Positions 63,145 through 64,000 of a stretch of DNA of 64,000 nt are shown here, piece by piece. The stretch is from an uncultured delta proteobacterium (GTDB taxonomy: Bacteria; Desulfobacterota; Syntrophia; Syntrophales; UBA2185), in the NCBI GenBank assembly GCA_963695875.1, contig CAVOID010000010.1, positions 32,001 to 96,000 on the forward strand. The letters run 5' to 3'. Positions within the stretch are counted from its first letter, which is position 1, and every line of letters begins with the position of its first letter. A program made the position numbers and the translations under genes. The notes below the pieces were generated by a model that saw only the letters and a program-made list of their open reading frames with translations, searched no databases and was not told the origin of the DNA.

Positions 63145-63329
63145 AAGACTAAGAGTCTTTGCCTGTCTGTATAAAATTGCAATCTGCATGCAATACTTTT
63201 AAAAAAATAAAAAAACATTGTATAATTTCTTGATAAATCATACCTTGTCATGTAAATATATTATTATAAGGTTAATGTATGAGTCTCATAGAGGCAAAGT
63301 GAAAAAATATTTTTAGGAGGGAAAGGAGC

Positions 63330-63542
63330 ATGGCAAGTTTAAGAAAAGGAGATTTGTTGACTTGTGAGGTATGCGGTCTTGTAGTTGCCGTCGATGAGGC
63401 GTGCGGCTGCGCCGTTGGCGAGATTGTTTGTTGCAAGAAAAAGCCCATGGTGAAGGGCAAGGCTGCTGCTGTTAAAGCAAAGAAGGTGAAAGCCTCTGCA
63501 AAAAAAGCTGTCAAAAAGCCTGCAGCTAAAGCCAAGAAGTAG
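63330..63542 (+). CDS. Small protein: desulforedoxin-like Cys domain plus Lys/Ala-rich tail
   Basis: CEVCG...CGC...VCC..PM, then KAKKVKASAKKAVKKPAAKAKK; AGGAG RBS; followed by a terminator. Confidence 0.75.
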   Translation: MASLRKGDLLTCEVCGLVVAVDEACGCAVGEIVCCKKKPMVKGKAAAVKAKKVKASAKKAVKKPAAKAKK

Positions 63543-63582
63543 TCAAGATTAAGTAGAGCGATTGTAATTTCTTAGTGTCCTG

Positions 63583-63628
63583 TAAAACCCCGCTTCTCGC
63601 ACTTACAGAAGAGCGGGGTTTTGTTTTT
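63583..63628 (+). terminator. Intrinsic terminator
   Basis: aaaaccccgct...agcggggttttgttttt. Confidence 0.8.
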
Positions 63629-63812
63629 CATGATACCCACTCCGCGAGGAACTGTATAGGTAATTTGGACAATGGTACCTCATTGTTCTTGCTCCTTTCA
63701 CATTACTTCTGATAAAGTAAACCTAATGGTTTGTCCCCGGTAAATATAAAATGTTGATTACGCCACAGGCATTTATATTTAGTCTCCCCTAGAATGAGGT
63801 TCATGAGAAATA

Positions 63813-64000
63813 ATGGAGATGAAGATTATAGATTCACATATGCACTGCGGTATTCAGAATGTAAATCTGCCTTTCGAAGTCATAAAAAAATATCTGGATG
63901 CAGCAGGCATCCAGGGAGCATGCCTCTTTGCTCCTGTTGAGGATATCTATGACCGTTATGACTATGACTTTGAAGATAATACCGCATGGATGACCTGCAG
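63813..64000 (+). CDS. Amidohydrolase-family protein (runs off the window end)
   Basis: MEMKIIDSHMHCG (DxHxH); frame open to the end of the window. Confidence 0.7.
   Translation, partial: MEMKIIDSHMHCGIQNVNLPFEVIKKYLDAAGIQGACLFAPVEDIYDRYDYDFEDNTAWMTC

Overview
Gene-dense bacterial window. Gene content (ADP-forming acetate-CoA ligase, CoA transferases, ferredoxin:thioredoxin reductase, a selenoprotein) suggests an anaerobic Desulfobacterota/Syntrophales-like organism; this is inference only. Main blocks: (1) 0.8-12.6 kb mixed metabolic and regulatory genes; (2) 12.8-29.6 kb a divergent isovalerate/leucine-type (Liu-like) acyl-CoA catabolic cluster with a 31-bp perfect inverted repeat between the operons, an AtoE-type transporter and an acyl-CoA carboxylase pair; (3) 31-40.5 kb accessory and housekeeping genes; (4) 42.4-47.9 kb an integron-type cassette array with five complete attC sites, an attI-like palindrome and no integrase (a Pif1-like helicase-WYL gene lies where intI would be). 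The cassettes include a PD-(D/E)xK nuclease, a HEPN-motif protein, AbiGi-like, RelBE-like and HicAB, and there is an IS110 remnant in the last attC; (5) 48-64 kb housekeeping genes, including a glutaredoxin-like gene with two in-frame UGA (Sec) codons at 56387-56602 that the ORF track misses. At least ten genes carry small frameshifts, most likely assembly indel errors. No rRNA, tRNA or CRISPR array was seen. All family assignments come from motif recognition by eye, not from database searches.
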